Positions 1 through 11,843 of a stretch of DNA of 64,000 nt are shown piece after piece. The first letter of the stretch is position 1. Every line of letters starts with the position of its first letter. The notes under the pieces are model-generated. The model was not told where the DNA came from and searched no databases. It was given only the letters and a program-made list of their open reading frames with translations. Location of the stretch: NCBI GenBank assembly GCA_963796275.1, contig CAWCKY010000004.1:352001-416000 (forward strand), given 5' to 3'. The position numbers were made by a program, and so were the translations under genes. Source of the DNA: an uncultured Acidobacteriota bacterium (GTDB lineage Bacteria; Acidobacteriota; Blastocatellia; RBC074).

Positions 1-10
1 TACATTCCAT
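1..10 (-). CDS. Possible start (MEC...) of a gene running off the left edge
   Basis: Minus strand GAGGAG (complement of 18-23) followed by ATG at 10; only 3 codons visible. Confidence 0.4.
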
Positions 11-147
11 TAAATAGCTCCTCAGAGGGGGGATTTCTGGTCGTGTGAATCATTGTAAATTGACCAGATTTGGATTTCAAGCTCAGCCACATTTTCCCTC
101 TTTCATTTGATAATTGTCATCTGTCATTTCATTTACGCTTCTTATAA

Positions 148-174
148 GCTTTGACACAGACGCTTTGACACAGA
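148..174 (+). promoter_or_regulatory. 13-bp direct repeat GCTTTGACACAGA x2, each containing TTGACA
   Basis: Copies at 148-160 and 162-174 in a divergent intergenic region. Confidence 0.45.
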
Positions 175-315
175 GCATTTGCATCCCTATCATCACCCTT
201 TCACAAAATCTATTTAGTTAAAATAAAGAGAGGAGACTTGGAGTGGAAGCGAATGGACAAAGATTGGCATTTTTTGTCATGCCCATCAGTTTTTTGTTTC
301 CCCTACATTCAGCAG

Positions 316-537
316 ATGAGCGTTTATGACAGCAGAGACCTGATGAGTTTTAAGAGCGTCGCGCGCGAATACAACGTACCCGTCGTGCGGCTCGAGATGG
401 CTCTTTCGCAAGGAACGCTGCGCGTGATCGAACTGAATGGCGCCAGATGGCTGCTGCGCCCCGAAATCGAGCAGTTCGTCAAGCGCACCGTCAAGCGCGG
501 AGCCGGAAACAAAGTCGTTACGCGCATTAATCCATAG
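316..537 (+). CDS. Small putative DNA-binding protein (excisionase/MerR-like HTH)
   Basis: 73 aa from ATG 316; pattern LMSFKSVAREYNVP...ALSQGTLRVIELNGARWLLRPEIEQF resembles HTH_17; ends 7 nt before the next gene. Confidence 0.6.
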   Translation: MSVYDSRDLMSFKSVAREYNVPVVRLEMALSQGTLRVIELNGARWLLRPEIEQFVKRTVKRGAGNKVVTRINP

Positions 538-544
538 AGTTGTG

Positions 545-1723
545 ATGAAAAAGCGAATCTCGCGCAAAGCCTCCAGCTTCACCGAATCGGTCATCCGCGA
601 GATGACCCGACAGGCATCGCTACACGGCGCGATCAATCTCTCGCAGGGCTTTCCCGACTTCCCTGCGCCGGATGACATCAAACGCGCCGCCATCGAGGCC
701 ATTGAGGCCGACATCAACCAATACGCGATCACCTGGGGCGCCAAACGATTGCGCGACGCGATAGCCGCGAAGACCAGATGGCATCTCGGGTTGGAGATCG
801 ATCCGGATCGCGAAATCGTGGTCACGTGTGGTGCGACGGAAGCGATGATCGCAACGATGCTGGCCGTCATCGACCCGGGTGATGAGGTGATCGTCTTCGA
901 ACCATACTATGAAAACTACGGGCCCGACGCGATTCTCTCCGAAGCCGTGACGCGATATGTCACGCTCCACCCGCCCGACTGGCGGTTCGATCCCGAAGAG
1001 CTGCGCGCCGCTTTCACGGAAAAAACCCGGGCTATCATCATCAACACACCCCACAACCCGACGGGCAAGGTCTTCACACGGGAAGAGCTGGGAATCATCG
1101 CCGATCTCTGCATCGAGCACGATGTACTCGCGCTGACTGATGAAATTTACGAGCACATCTGGTACCGAGATCCGGTGCGCCCCAACGGACACATTTCGAT
1201 TGCGACCCTCGACGGTATGCGCGATCGTACTGTTACGATAAATAGTCTCTCGAAAACATATTCTGTCACCGGGTGGCGTGTGGGTTTTGCGATCGCATCT
1301 CCCGATCTGATCAATGGGATCCGCCAGGTCCATGACTTCCTTACCGTCGGCGCAGCCGCTCCCTTACAGGAGGCCGGAGTATATGCGCTCAGCCTGCCGG
1401 TAAGTTATTACGAAAAACTTCAACATGAATATCAGAGACGGAGAGACTACTTACTCGGAGTACTGGAAGAAGCCGGATTCAAATGCTACAAACCAGATGG
1501 CGCATATTACATCATGACGGACATCACCGATTTCGGCTTTGAAAACGATGTCAAATTCACACAGCATCTCATTAGCGACATCGGCGTAGCAGTGGTTCCG
1601 GGGAGCAGTTTTTATCGACGGCGTGAACTTGGGTCGCAGCAGGTGAGATTTTGTTATTGCAAACGCGATGAGACTTTGCAATCAGCTGCGGAACGACTTC
1701 AGAAGCTTCAGCTAAAATCCTGA
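545..1723 (+). CDS. PLP-dependent aminotransferase class I/II (YbdL/methionine aminotransferase-like)
   Basis: INLSQGFPDF, NTPHNPTGKV, DEIYEH and the PLP-lysine motif SLSKTYSVTGWRVG; start trimmed to ATG 545. Confidence 0.92.
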   Translation: MKKRISRKASSFTESVIREMTRQASLHGAINLSQGFPDFPAPDDIKRAAIEAIEADINQYAITWGAKRLRDAIAAKTRWHLGLEIDPDREIVVTCGATEAMIATMLAVIDPGDEVIVFEPYYENYGPDAILSEAVTRYVTLHPPDWRFDPEELRAAFTEKTRAIIINTPHNPTGKVFTREELGIIADLCIEHDVLALTDEIYEHIWYRDPVRPNGHISIATLDGMRDRTVTINSLSKTYSVTGWRVGFAIASPDLINGIRQVHDFLTVGAAAPLQEAGVYALSLPVSYYEKLQHEYQRRRDYLLGVLEEAGFKCYKPDGAYYIMTDITDFGFENDVKFTQHLISDIGVAVVPGSSFYRRRELGSQQVRFCYCKRDETLQSAAERLQKLQLKS

Positions 1724-1844
1724 ATTCGTTCGTTTATTCCCCCTAGGCAAATATTCCCACCAAAATCAGGCAACTGCCGGAAATAAAATAAGACCGCTAT
1801 TTCGCTGTCATTAGATGAATCTTGCGGTTCTTTCTAATTTTGCC

Positions 1845-1874
1845 TTGACGGCTAAAAAAAGAAGGAGCTAAAAT
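1845..1874 (+). promoter_or_regulatory. Sigma70-type promoter with no downstream + strand ORF
   Basis: TTGACG (1845-1850), N18, TAAAAT (1869-1874). Confidence 0.55.
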
Positions 1875-1879
1875 AGAAC

Positions 1880-3372
<1,493 letters not shown>

Positions 3373-3466
3373 AGACTGGGCAGTCTAAAGCAAAAAACGG
3401 CGGAAGCAAACCACTTTTGCCGACCGTGTTGCTTTTCGTTATTATGATGACGGCTGGATATTTGAA

Positions 3467-4498
3467 ATGTTGTCTGACTCGCAAAACATTCTCGTCACAC
3501 ACATCGCAGGATTGACGCAAACGACGCTGGCACTTCCCGCCCTTCGTTCCCTTCGCAGTCATTTGCCCCATTCGCGAATTACTATTGTTTCGAGCGCCAT
3601 CGCCGCCGATTTGTTGAAGCTGGCCGGGTGCGCCGATGAGATACTGCCGGTCGCCAGGTTTCAACGCGCCGAGATGCTGGACCTGCGCGCGCTCTACCGC
3701 AGCGCGAAAATTTGGAGCGAGTTGCGGCGGGCCAATTACGATCTCGCGCTTGAATTCAATGAGAACACGGAATCTGAGATCGTACTGCGGCTGGCCAATC
3801 CCAGATCGCGTCTGGTCACGCAGAAGAACAAAGGCATAGCTATCTTCGTCGAGAGAGTGACACAGGCTCTGCTCAGGCAGCCGCCGAAGCTCATTCACGC
3901 GGCCCACCATTACCTGAAGTTATTGGAACCGCTGGGAGTGCGTCCCATCGAATCCGAGCCGCGGCTTATGACGGATCGCGCTTCCGATGAGTCGATTGAT
4001 AGGTTGTTGCGCAAACATGCGGTCGGGATCGGCGAACTGCTGATAGGTATACATCCCGGCGCAAGATCGGGGAGAGAGCGCTGGCCGCGATCGCGATTCA
4101 GCTCGATCGCATCACGAATGATTCATAACTTCAATGCTCGTGTGGTAGTCCTCGCGGGGCCGGCGGAACGCGGAGCGGCAAAAAAGCTGGCGGCGGAGCT
4201 GCCAGCCAAGCGGGCTATCGCCATCGAATCAAATAAGCTAGCCGATTTCGCCTCGGCAGTAGCCCGACTCAGTCTGCTGGTATCGAACCACAGCGGACCG
4301 GCGCACATCGCTGCGGCGATCGGAACCCCGGTTGTAGCGGTCTCGGCTACTTCCGGGCCGTCGCCGCACGACCTGCTGGGCCGTCATAACGAACATATTC
4401 GCGGTTCGCACGTCGAGCTGATCTCCGAGGAGGACGTTTTTGATGCAGCCTGCCGGCTGATAAAAATTAATCGCGCGGAGTTTCTGCGCTCGAGGTGA
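3467..4498 (+). CDS. Glycosyltransferase family 9 (heptosyltransferase-like) protein
   Basis: LPALRSLRSHLP, IGIHPGA...RWP, SNHSGPAHIAAAIGTPVV. Confidence 0.82.
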   Translation: MLSDSQNILVTHIAGLTQTTLALPALRSLRSHLPHSRITIVSSAIAADLLKLAGCADEILPVARFQRAEMLDLRALYRSAKIWSELRRANYDLALEFNENTESEIVLRLANPRSRLVTQKNKGIAIFVERVTQALLRQPPKLIHAAHHYLKLLEPLGVRPIESEPRLMTDRASDESIDRLLRKHAVGIGELLIGIHPGARSGRERWPRSRFSSIASRMIHNFNARVVVLAGPAERGAAKKLAAELPAKRAIAIESNKLADFASAVARLSLLVSNHSGPAHIAAAIGTPVVAVSATSGPSPHDLLGRHNEHIRGSHVELISEEDVFDAACRLIKINRAEFLRSR

Positions 4499-4621
4499 GC
4501 TATAATTTACGAGTTTCTTAAACCGTTCCGCCCGATAGATCGCGCCGGACGTTAATATTCATATAATCGTATTTCTCTATTTACCGTGATCTCCGCAAAT
4601 ATAAAGATAAGGAGCAACTGA

Positions 4622-6847
4622 ATGTTTCGCAGGACATTGACACTCACATTTCTCGTTTTCTCGCTGGTATTCTTCCCCTTCGCCTCCATGGCAGATGAGG
4701 GGATGTGGCTGCCGGATACAATTGACAAACTACCGCTCGCGCAGCTCAAAAAGCGCGGATTCGAATTAAAGCCCGATGAGGTTTACAGCACTACCAAACC
4801 CAGTTTGAAAGACGCTATCGTCCAGATCAGCATCGGGGGCACAGGATCATTCATCTCGGCGGACGGATTAATTCTGACCAATCATCACGTCGCCTTCGCT
4901 GCGGTTACGAGAGCCAGCACGGCTGAGAGCGATTACATCAGCAAAGGGTTCCTGGCAAAATCGCGCGCCGAGGAGATACCCGCTCAAGGCTATACCGTTT
5001 CAATCACGCAGGAATACAAAGACATCACGGCAGATGTGCTCTCAGCGGTCAACCCGGAAATGTCCCAAGAAGAGAAGACGCGAGCTATTTCGGTGAAGCA
5101 GCAGGATATCCAAAAAGCAGCGGCCGCCGGACACGAGACCGATGGGATTCGCATTCAGGTAGTGGAGGCGACCGGGGGTTACCAATATTACCTTTACACC
5201 TATCTCACGCTGCGAGATGTCAGGCTGGTATATGCGCCGCCCAAATCGATCGGTTATTTCGGAGGCGATCCCGATAATTTTGAATGGCCGCGCCATTGCG
5301 GCGATTTCGCTATCTTGCGGGCGTATGTCGGCCCAGACGGCAAGCCGGCGAACAGCGGCAAGACAAATGTCCCTTTCAAACCGAAGAAGTTTTTACCGAT
5401 CAATGCCAATGGAATCAAAGAGGGCGAGTTCGCGATGGTCATGGGTTATCCCGGCGCGACCTTCCGTCATCGCGAATCGTACTCAGTCGAATATCGACAG
5501 AACCTGCAGCTTCCCGACCAGATTGCGGCGTTGCGCAGACAGATCGATATTCTGACGAAGCTCGGCGAAAAAAATCCATCGCTCAAACCGCGACTCGCCG
5601 ACCAAATTTTCAGCATGAGCAATTCGCTCAAGGCATTTGAAGGCACGGTTACCGGTTTGAAGCGGATGAATCTGGTTGAGCGTAAGCGCACGGAGGAGGC
5701 TGAGTTCACCAGATGGTTGGACAATAATCCGGCGATGAAGGCTAAGTATGGTGATGTGCTGCCCAAGATCGAGGAAGCTTACCGCGATCTGAATTCTTTC
5801 AGTAAGAAACAGAGCGTAATCAACAACCTGCTCAACTCGGGAGACCTGATCAGCGTGCTTCAATTCGCCTACGCTCGCTCTCTCGATCGAGAGAAACCAC
5901 AGAATGAGCGCGTGCCGCAATTCAGCGATACGGCCGTCGGATTACTGACCATGCGCCTCGGGCAATCTTGGAATGAGCGTGAATCGGAGTCTGAAATTGG
6001 TTTGCTGGCCGCTGCTCTCGAACGCGCTTCCCAATTGCCAGAAGATCAAAAACTGCCCTTCATCGAAAATCAATTTGCAGGCAAGTCCGCAAAGGAGCGC
6101 AAGAAAGCCGAAGCCGACTATGCGAAGACCGCTATCGAGAGCACGAAATTTCGTTCTTTCGATGAGATCGCGCAACTCTTCAAAGCATCAGCCACAGAGA
6201 TCCGCGCGATCGACGATCCTGCGTTGAAACTGGTCGTGCAATCGCAGGACGAAGTCGCACCGCTCACCAAAAGGGCGAATCAATTCAATAATACAATCAT
6301 CAGGCTTCGTCCCGACTACGTCCGGGGGATGGTTGAGATGAAGCAGGAGCTGAAGAAAGGGACCTATTATCCCGACGCCAACTTCACATTGCGCTTCAGC
6401 TATGGCGACGTCAAGGGTTACAAACCGCGCGATGCGGTCAGCTACGACTATCAAACATCATTGGATGGCGTGATCGCGAAAGATACCGGTGAAGAACCGT
6501 TCGACGTCCCTCAAAAACTGAAAGAGTTGTCGGCGAAAAAGGATTATGGGAACTATATCGACTCGCGGCTGAATGATGTTCCGGTGGCATTCCTTACCAC
6601 GAATGATATCACGGGAGGTAACTCCGGGAGCCCGGTAATGAACGGTAAGGGCGAAATCATCGGGCTCGCATTCGATGGCAACTACGAGGGACTGGGCGGC
6701 GATTACGCGTACAACTTGACCACGAATCGCACGCTCGCAGTCGATATCCGTTACGCGCTCTTCTTGATGGAGAAGTTCGCCGGCGCCAACTATCTCTTCA
6801 ATGAGATGCAGATCAAAAAGCCGAGAGCGATGACGGCAGCCCAATAA
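4622..6847 (+). CDS. S46 family dipeptidyl peptidase, DPP7-like
   Basis: Signal peptide then ADEGMW; [42 protein letters not shown]. Confidence 0.93.
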   Translation: MFRRTLTLTFLVFSLVFFPFASMADEGMWLPDTIDKLPLAQLKKRGFELKPDEVYSTTKPSLKDAIVQISIGGTGSFISADGLILTNHHVAFAAVTRASTAESDYISKGFLAKSRAEEIPAQGYTVSITQEYKDITADVLSAVNPEMSQEEKTRAISVKQQDIQKAAAAGHETDGIRIQVVEATGGYQYYLYTYLTLRDVRLVYAPPKSIGYFGGDPDNFEWPRHCGDFAILRAYVGPDGKPANSGKTNVPFKPKKFLPINANGIKEGEFAMVMGYPGATFRHRESYSVEYRQNLQLPDQIAALRRQIDILTKLGEKNPSLKPRLADQIFSMSNSLKAFEGTVTGLKRMNLVERKRTEEAEFTRWLDNNPAMKAKYGDVLPKIEEAYRDLNSFSKKQSVINNLLNSGDLISVLQFAYARSLDREKPQNERVPQFSDTAVGLLTMRLGQSWNERESESEIGLLAAALERASQLPEDQKLPFIENQFAGKSAKERKKAEADYAKTAIESTKFRSFDEIAQLFKASATEIRAIDDPALKLVVQSQDEVAPLTKRANQFNNTIIRLRPDYVRGMVEMKQELKKGTYYPDANFTLRFSYGDVKGYKPRDAVSYDYQTSLDGVIAKDTGEEPFDVPQKLKELSAKKDYGNYIDSRLNDVPVAFLTTNDITGGNSGSPVMNGKGEIIGLAFDGNYEGLGGDYAYNLTTNRTLAVDIRYALFLMEKFAGANYLFNEMQIKKPRAMTAAQ

Positions 6848-6851
6848 ATCA

Positions 6852-6906
6852 AAAGGGGGGAGAGGCATAATGAAGAATTTTTTCTTCTTTTGCCCCTTCT
6901 CCCCTT
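6852..6906. terminator. Imperfect hairpin between convergent genes
   Basis: AAGGGGGGAGAGGCA ... TGCCCCTTCTCCCCTT. Confidence 0.45.
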
Positions 6907-6923
6907 AAAATCTTGGAAATTAC

Positions 6924-7526
6924 TTATCTCGAGTTTCCGAGGATCGGCTCAAGCGCTTCCCGCAGCTTCATCATCCCCAGTCTGGTGCGCGTCTTAACTG
7001 TGCCCAGGGGCTGATTGAGTTTGGCCGCGATTTCGCTGTGGCTGAGTCCGGAGTAGTAGGCGAGCTCGATCACCTCACGCTGTTCCGGCGAGAGCGCTTC
7101 GAGCGCGGCGCGCACGAAGCGCTGGCGTTCGGATGCGACTGTCATCTCTTCCGGCGTGGCATCGCTGGTCGGAGCATCCCCCAATGAATCGAGGGGCTCT
7201 TTGCGCTGCTGGTCCTGCCATCCGGAACGCAGACGATCGATGGCGCGGCTACGCGCGATTGTGGTCAGCCAAGCGAGAGGTGTTCCGCGTTGATTGTCGT
7301 AATTTACTGCCGTACGCCAGACCTGTGTATATACATCCAACAGGACTTCTTCGGCTATGCTCGTATCACCCACTACGCGCAGGATCAATCCAAATACGAG
7401 CCGGTTTGTTGTATCGTAAAGCGTCCCGAGCGCGGCTTGATCTCCTCCAGCTACCCGCCGAATCAGTTCTACCCATTCTTGATCGCGTGCCCGAGCGTCG
7501 GCTGTGTCCGTGGCGAATTGCACCAA
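6924..7526 (-). CDS. ECF sigma-70 factor (SigK-like)
   Basis: Region 2 AEEVLLDVYTQVW...AWLTTIARSRAIDRLR; region 4 LSPEQREVIELAYYSGLSHSEIA...PLGTVKTR. Confidence 0.93.
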   Translation of the reverse strand: MVQFATDTADARARDQEWVELIRRVAGGDQAALGTLYDTTNRLVFGLILRVVGDTSIAEEVLLDVYTQVWRTAVNYDNQRGTPLAWLTTIARSRAIDRLRSGWQDQQRKEPLDSLGDAPTSDATPEEMTVASERQRFVRAALEALSPEQREVIELAYYSGLSHSEIAAKLNQPLGTVKTRTRLGMMKLREALEPILGNSR

Positions 7527-7692
7527 CTTCTCCCTGTGAGTAATTTGCTCTGGTCTTTGAAGAACATTAAGCTGTATTCGTCATTTTGATTTTTGATGCG
7601 CAGGCCATTTCAGTCTATTCTATTACCCGCTGAAGGCCATGTGCGGTATCAAAGAAATATGATCTTATAACAGAATCGAACAAACAGCCAAG

Positions 7693-8404
7693 ATGAAATA
7701 TGATTATTCGAATCGCGTCGTTGTGGTCACCGGCGCCGCAGGCAACCTGGGTATCCGCCGCGGCGCGGGCCTTCATATCTGCTCAGGCGAACATCGCCCT
7801 GGTAGACCGCACCGCCGGAAGACTGGAAAAGACCTTTTCCGATCTGGCTGAGGGCTCACCTGAATGCTTCATCACGCCGCCCACCGACCTCACCGATCCG
7901 AGTGCGGTTGATTCAATGATCGAAGCGGTCCAGGACCATTTCGGGAGAATCGATATTCTCGTCAACATAGCCGGCGGTTTTCGCGCGGGAAGGCCTCTTT
8001 ACAAGACGTCTCTCAGCGACTGGGACATGATGATCAACTTGAATGCGCGATCGGTCTTCATCACCTGCCAGTCGGTCATTCCGCTCATGTTGAGTCAGGG
8101 ATACGGCAAGATAATAAATATCGCGTCTCGCGCAGCGCTCGGTGGAGAGGCTTTTCAATCGGCGTACAGCGCCTCGAAAGCGGCGGTCGTGCGTCTGACC
8201 GAGAGCATGGCTGCCGAATTAAAGGAGGCGGGGATAAATGTGAATTGCATCATGCCCGGGATCATCGATACGCCGCAGAACCGCGCGGCTATGCCTTCGG
8301 CCGATTTCAGCAAATGGGTTGCGCCCGCAGCGGTGGCCGATGTCATCCTGTTTCTGGCTTCCGACAACGCGCGCGCGCTTCACGGAGCATCATTACCGGT
8401 ATGA
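7693..8404 (+). pseudogene. Frameshifted SDR-family oxidoreductase
   Basis: ATG 7693 gives [20 protein letters not shown] (Rossmann motif); the rest (SAAARAF...YSASK...PGIIDTP) is in the +1 frame after about 7753. Confidence 0.8.
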
Positions 8405-9075
8405 ACTGAGAGAGGAATACTGCGAATCGAAAATTTCGTTCGCGCTCATGCCGCTCCGCGCGCGTGCCGATGGCGAATTTCCACCACAAACAGACCAGAT
8501 AAATCCAACCTCCGGGCTCTGCCCGTAAACCCAGACGAAAAATGCGAGTTTGAAAGATGGTGCCCCAATCGCATCTATGCTCAGCGGTGAAAATGCTCTG
8601 AGTCGATGCTCGTGCGAGACCACGTTTTGCATGCCTTTTGCCGGGAAGGCAGAGGGGGAAGTTGCCCGCGAACTGCAATCAAAGCGCGGTCTCGCGCTCG
8701 TTTCAAAAGTCCCCCGTCATTATCGTTAGACATCATCGTTAGTCATCGGATCTGCCATAGTGACAGCTGTAATATCGCAATAGCCGATATTTCAATTCCT
8801 CGGCAGCGACCAATGCCCTTCCATTCAATTCTTCCTGGCATATTGCCCGAAGGGGATACTATGTGCTGTGTCGTGCGATCTGTGTACCGCGCTGGGATGT
8901 CGAGCCTTGTCTCGATTTCCGAAGAAATCGAGGAGTTTTGTGACAGTACCACTATATGTCTTCACCCCATTCCCGGCGTCGAGAAAAAATTCGGAAAAGG
9001 TGTGAGAAGAGGCCGGTTCACCGGCCAGAGGAGTATCGCTGGACTTGTCGAATATGTCTCGGTAGAGTTGCGATC

Positions 9076-10287
9076 ATGGAATACGCTGAAATTGTCGAAG
9101 CTGAAGGCCACCTCGTCGATTCGCAGATCCTCTCCAGGGTTATGGACCGCGTGATCGAATGCGGCGCGGTCTATGAAGTGATGGATTTCCGGTTGGGCCG
9201 CACAAACGATCAATTCTCGCAATTACGTCTACGGGTAGTTGCGCCATCGGAACAGGTACTGAAGAAGACTCTCGAAGAGTTGATCGAGCTGGGTTGTTAC
9301 CCCGCACAGATTTCGAACGCGAAGCTCGAACCGGCGCCGCAGGATCGCGTGGCGCCCGCCGACTTCTATTCGACGACGAACCACCGCACCCATATCCGTA
9401 TGGGGGGCGCCTGGCTTGATGTTGCAGAACAGCGAATGGACGCGGTAATTATCGTCAAAGATGAGCTGGCCGCCTGCCGCAAGCTGCGCGACGTCAAGGA
9501 AGGCGAGATGGTCGTCTGCGGCACCCTGGGGATCCGCATCCAGCCTGAATTCAAAGAGAGGGACCGGCTCGGCTTTGCGTTCATGGCGAACGAGATATCA
9601 TCGGAGCGCAGGGCCGCGACGGTCGTCCGCAAAATCTCGGAGATGATGCAACAGATCAAGGCGGAGGGCGGCCGTATCGTATTCGTCGCCGGCCCCGTCG
9701 TCATCCACACGGGGGGATCACAGGCATTCTGCGAGATCATTCGCAGAGGCTTCGTCGACGCGCTCCTGGCGGGCAATGCGATAGCCGTCCACGATATCGA
9801 GCACGTCCTCTTCGGCACTTCTCTCGGCGTCGATCTGGAACATGGCATTCCGATCGAAGAAGGGCACAAGAATCATATGCGCGCGATCAACACGATCAAC
9901 CGCTACGGCTCGATCAAGGGCGCGGTTGAGGTTGGAGTTCTGCGTTCAGGCGTCATGTACGAGTGCGTAAAGAATAACGTGCCGTTTGTACTCGCCGGTT
10001 CCATCCGCGATGACGGTCCACTGCCCGACACCGAGATGGACCTGATAAAGGCCCAAGAAGAGTACGCACGGCTTTTGGTCGACGCGAAACTCGTCATCTG
10101 CCTATCATCGATGCTGCATTCGATCGGCGTGGGAAATATGCTGCCGTCCTGGGTGCGGATGGTCTGCGTGGATATCAACCCGGCGGTCGTCACAAAGCTG
10201 TCCGATCGCGGGTCTCAACAGACTGTCGGCGTGGTGACCGATGTCGGAACTTTTTTGAACCTGCTCGCACAACAACTTTGGAAGTAG
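9076..10287 (+). CDS. TIGR00300-family protein (LOR/SDH domain; non-canonical ornithine cyclodeaminase-like)
   Basis: EAEGHLVDS, FYSTTNHRT, QRMDA, GNAIAVHDIE, LAGSIRDDGPLPD, MLHSIGVGN, TKLSDRGS; start trimmed to ATG 9076. Confidence 0.88.
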   Translation: MEYAEIVEAEGHLVDSQILSRVMDRVIECGAVYEVMDFRLGRTNDQFSQLRLRVVAPSEQVLKKTLEELIELGCYPAQISNAKLEPAPQDRVAPADFYSTTNHRTHIRMGGAWLDVAEQRMDAVIIVKDELAACRKLRDVKEGEMVVCGTLGIRIQPEFKERDRLGFAFMANEISSERRAATVVRKISEMMQQIKAEGGRIVFVAGPVVIHTGGSQAFCEIIRRGFVDALLAGNAIAVHDIEHVLFGTSLGVDLEHGIPIEEGHKNHMRAINTINRYGSIKGAVEVGVLRSGVMYECVKNNVPFVLAGSIRDDGPLPDTEMDLIKAQEEYARLLVDAKLVICLSSMLHSIGVGNMLPSWVRMVCVDINPAVVTKLSDRGSQQTVGVVTDVGTFLNLLAQQLWK

Positions 10288-10365
10288 GAGTAGTAAAGGA
10301 GAAGGCAGGTTTCTATCCTTCCCGTTCGTTCAGATATAACGAACTGTAGATCTAAGGCTTCATTT

Positions 10366-11292
10366 ATGTTCAAACCAATGAGATACGCGATTTTTCCCGC
10401 TCTAATCCTTTTATTTCTGAGCGCCTGCACTTTTCTGACCGGCGAGGGGCAACAACTGCTCTTCGCTTACAATCTCGGCGACGGCGACGGGTTGCATCTG
10501 GCATACAGCCCTGACGGCTTTAAATGGACGCCGCTCAAAAACGGTGAACCGGTCTTTAAATCAGAGATCGGATCGAAGCTGCTGCGCGATCCATCTCTCA
10601 TCGAATCTCAGCGCGGAGAGTTCCATTTGATCTGGTCGACCGGAGAGGTCGATAAGGGATTCGGATACGCAAGCTCGAAAGACCTTATCACATGGAGCGA
10701 TCAGCGATTTATCCCGATCAGCGAGAAGCTCAAGGCATATAACACGCGGTCTCCGATACTCTATTATGAACGCCGGCCGCGACTCTTTTATATAATCTGG
10801 TCAGCCACGATTCCCGGGCTCCGGGAAGAAAAATTGGAAGAGGGCGCAGTGAGCAACGTACTTTTATCGATTACCACGCGGGACTTCGTCAACTTCAGTG
10901 AACCCAAAATCTTCTATGACCCCCAATACAGCTGTCTTGACGCATCGCTGCTTATGGTTGGCGATGAATACAAGCTGGTATTCAGAGACGGGCGTCCCGA
11001 GCAAGACACGCTCCGCGTCAGCTCTGCGCCAACCGTAAATGGCGAGTGGAGCGAACCGACTGATCCGATTGCGCAAGTTACCGGCGCCGAGAGTCCGACC
11101 GCCGTTAAGTTCGGCGATGATTGGCTGATCTATTTCTATCAACCGCAGAATAACACTTCCTACGGCGCATTGCGTTCGCGTGACTTCGTACAGTGGGAAG
11201 ACGTCAGCAGTCAGGTGTCATTGCCGCAGGGGGCGAAGCACGGCAGCGTGATGCGCATCCCCGATTTGGAACTTGAAGTGTTGCAGAAGTAA
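10366..11292 (+). CDS. GH43-like five-bladed propeller glycosidase, lipoprotein
   Basis: Lipobox LSAC; GLHLAYSPDG, LRDPS, ASSKDLITWS, LDAS, AESP, KHGSV. Confidence 0.75.
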   Translation: MFKPMRYAIFPALILLFLSACTFLTGEGQQLLFAYNLGDGDGLHLAYSPDGFKWTPLKNGEPVFKSEIGSKLLRDPSLIESQRGEFHLIWSTGEVDKGFGYASSKDLITWSDQRFIPISEKLKAYNTRSPILYYERRPRLFYIIWSATIPGLREEKLEEGAVSNVLLSITTRDFVNFSEPKIFYDPQYSCLDASLLMVGDEYKLVFRDGRPEQDTLRVSSAPTVNGEWSEPTDPIAQVTGAESPTAVKFGDDWLIYFYQPQNNTSYGALRSRDFVQWEDVSSQVSLPQGAKHGSVMRIPDLELEVLQK

Positions 11293-11354
11293 TGAAGAAA
11301 TAGAATACCGGAGGCGAGGAGAGAGGATTGCGACTCCTTCTCGTCCTCTCAACT

Positions 11355-11771
11355 TCACCCTACCCACTCTTCACCATCTTCGAAGACTTCTTTCTTCCAG
11401 ATCGGTACCGTCTGTTTGAGGCGATCGATGGCGTATTGACAGGCCTCGAATGCGATACGGCGGTGCGGAGAGGTTATGACGATGACGACCGATGATTCGG
11501 ATATCTTCAACTCGCCGAAGCGATGGATGATGCCGATACGATCCACGCCAGGCCAGCGCTCGCGGACTTCATCACCGATGCGGCTCATCTCCTTGATCGC
11601 CATTGAGACATAAGCATCATATTGGAGACTGACGACCCGACGACCCGACGTTTGGTTGCGGACGACGCCATCGAAAGTCACCATTGCTCCGGAAGCGCCG
11701 GTCAAAACCCTCTGCTCCAACCCCTGCTTGTCGATCGGCTCTCGCGTAATTTCAAATATATCTTCCTGCAT
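11355..11771 (-). CDS. moaE: Molybdopterin synthase catalytic subunit
   Basis: GAMVTFDGVVRN, HRFGEL, SPHRRIAF, LKQTVPIWKKE. Confidence 0.95.
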   Translation of the reverse strand: MQEDIFEITREPIDKQGLEQRVLTGASGAMVTFDGVVRNQTSGRRVVSLQYDAYVSMAIKEMSRIGDEVRERWPGVDRIGIIHRFGELKISESSVVIVITSPHRRIAFEACQYAIDRLKQTVPIWKKEVFEDGEEWVG

Positions 11772-11775
11772 AAAT

Positions 11776-11838
11776 AGTTTTCAGTTTTTTGTTTTCAGTT
11801 TTCGATCAAGATCATCCTCAACTGAAAACTGAAACTGA
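11776..11838. repeat. Heptamer-array palindrome (AGTTTTC)n / (CTGAAAA)n
   Basis: Between moaD and moaE; right arm is the reverse complement of the left arm units. Confidence 0.75.
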
Positions 11839-11843
11839 CATAA

